A stretch of DNA of 64,000 nucleotides, from NCBI GenBank assembly GCA_035358715.1, contig DAOPPX010000005.1, positions 25 through 64,024 on the forward strand, read 5' to 3'. Shown in pieces: positions 63,317 to 64,000 of this stretch. Numbering within the stretch: position 1 is the first letter of the stretch; each line of letters opens with the position of its first letter. The notes under the pieces were generated by a model. That model searched no databases and was not told the DNA's origin. It was given only the letters and a program-made list of their open reading frames with translations. The position numbers and the translations under genes are program-made. The stretch comes from Verrucomicrobiota bacterium (GTDB taxonomy: Bacteria > Verrucomicrobiota > Verrucomicrobiia > Limisphaerales > UBA8199).

Positions 63317-64000
63317 TCAGGCGACCTGCAGCTCGCGGACGACGAACGGGGCGAACTCCTCGTGGAGATGCGGCGGGATGCGGGCCTTGAAGCGGGCGGT
63401 CTTGCCGTTGTAGTTCCGTTCGACCACCTGCCCGACCTCATGCAGGCGCGCAATGACGCCCGACTGCTCGTGCGGCACGGAAAGCTCCATGAACTCTCGG
63501 ATAGGACGCAACTGGCTGCCCAACTCGGCCAGCAGGGCTGGAATCCCCTCGCCGGTGGCGGCGGAGATGGCTACCGCGCGCGGATGCCGCTCCAGGGAGC
63601 CCGCCAGCGTATCCAGGCGGCCGTTGAGCTGGTCAATCTTGTTGAACACCATCAAGGTCGGCTTGCCATCGGCGCCGATTTCCCTCAGCACCACGTCCAC
63701 AGCCTGGATCTGCGCTTCGGCATCCGGGTGGCTGGCGTCCACGACATGCAACAGCAGGTCCGCCTGAACCACTTCCTCGAGGGTCGCCTTGAAGGCCTCC
63801 ACCAGCCCGTGCGGCAGCTTGCGGATGAACCCGACCGTGTCCGTCACCAGCACGTTCTGGTTCGTCGGCAGGCGCAGCCGTCGAGTGGTGGGGTCGAGCG
63901 TCGCGAAGAGCTTGTCCTCGGTCATCACCGCCGCGCCGGTCAGGGTGTTGAGCAGGGTGGACTTGCCCGCATTGGTGTAGCCCACAATCGAGGCCAGCGC
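63317..64000 (-). CDS. hflX: GTPase HflX (C-terminal part; the 5' end lies beyond the window)
   Basis: The frame stays open to the window edge and reads ...ALASIVGYTNAGKSTLLNTLTGA (G1), DTVGF (G3) and NKID (G4). Confidence 0.9.
   Translation of the reverse strand, partial: ALASIVGYTNAGKSTLLNTLTGAAVMTEDKLFATLDPTTRRLRLPTNQNVLVTDTVGFIRKLPHGLVEAFKATLEEVVQADLLLHVVDASHPDAEAQIQAVDVVLREIGADGKPTLMVFNKIDQLNGRLDTLAGSLERHPRAVAISAATGEGIPALLAELGSQLRPIREFMELSVPHEQSGVIARLHEVGQVVERNYNGKTARFKARIPPHLHEEFAPFVVRELQVA

Overview
GC-rich bacterial chromosomal window. GC content was judged by eye and not computed. There are many long spurious antisense ORFs. The gene content suggests a PVC-type organism (Verrucomicrobiota or Planctomycetota), but that is a low-confidence guess. 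I recognise five blocks.
(1) 48-23040, minus strand. About 17 co-oriented, tightly spaced genes form a Wza/Wzc/Wzy-type exopolysaccharide locus of the PEP-CTERM/exosortase-associated flavour. It contains Wza, a NusG paralog, two FemAB-family genes, a Wzc-like gene, GT4 and GT2 glycosyltransferases, three or four CE4 deacetylase domains, an AsnB-like gene and an O-antigen-ligase-like gene. The locus ends in an unusual activation/redox module: a stand-alone adenylation enzyme, an acyl-CoA-dehydrogenase homolog, EtfAB, and a membrane HdrDE/EtfD-like Fe-S oxidoreductase.
(2) 23.7-29.2 kb. A decayed restriction-modification gene remnant, followed by two secreted glycoside hydrolases (a large GH106-like enzyme and a GH29 fucosidase).
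(3) 29.5-36.7 kb. A TetR-HlyD-ABC(2xATPase)-ABC2-ABC2-NodT efflux operon resembling cecR-ybhGFSR, with a palindromic operator.
(4) 36.9-47.6 kb. A TlpA-like redoxin, hypothetical envelope proteins, tRNA-Arg(UCG), an XRE/COG2856 (ImmA/IrrE-like) pair divergent from dnaB, a Sel1 protein, a sugar isomerase and tRNA-His(GUG).
(5) 47.7-64 kb. Mostly housekeeping genes (trmL, truA, ruvX, hemL, rarA, a 5-formyl-THF cyclo-ligase, hisB, hflX), plus a sigma54 enhancer-binding response regulator with a GT-C glycosyltransferase, a permease, a PfkB kinase and an ECF sigma/anti-sigma operon.
Several non-coding structures are not explained by gene calls:
- GACCAC/GACTAC heptamer and 16-nt tandem arrays bracket a four-helix-bundle (23S-IVS/Avd-family) gene.
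- There are two families of long dispersed hairpin repeats.
- There is a perfect 47-nt palindrome.
- There are two paralogous ~147-nt terminator-ended intergenic elements that are sRNA candidates.
I saw no CRISPR array, transposase, integrase or reverse transcriptase.
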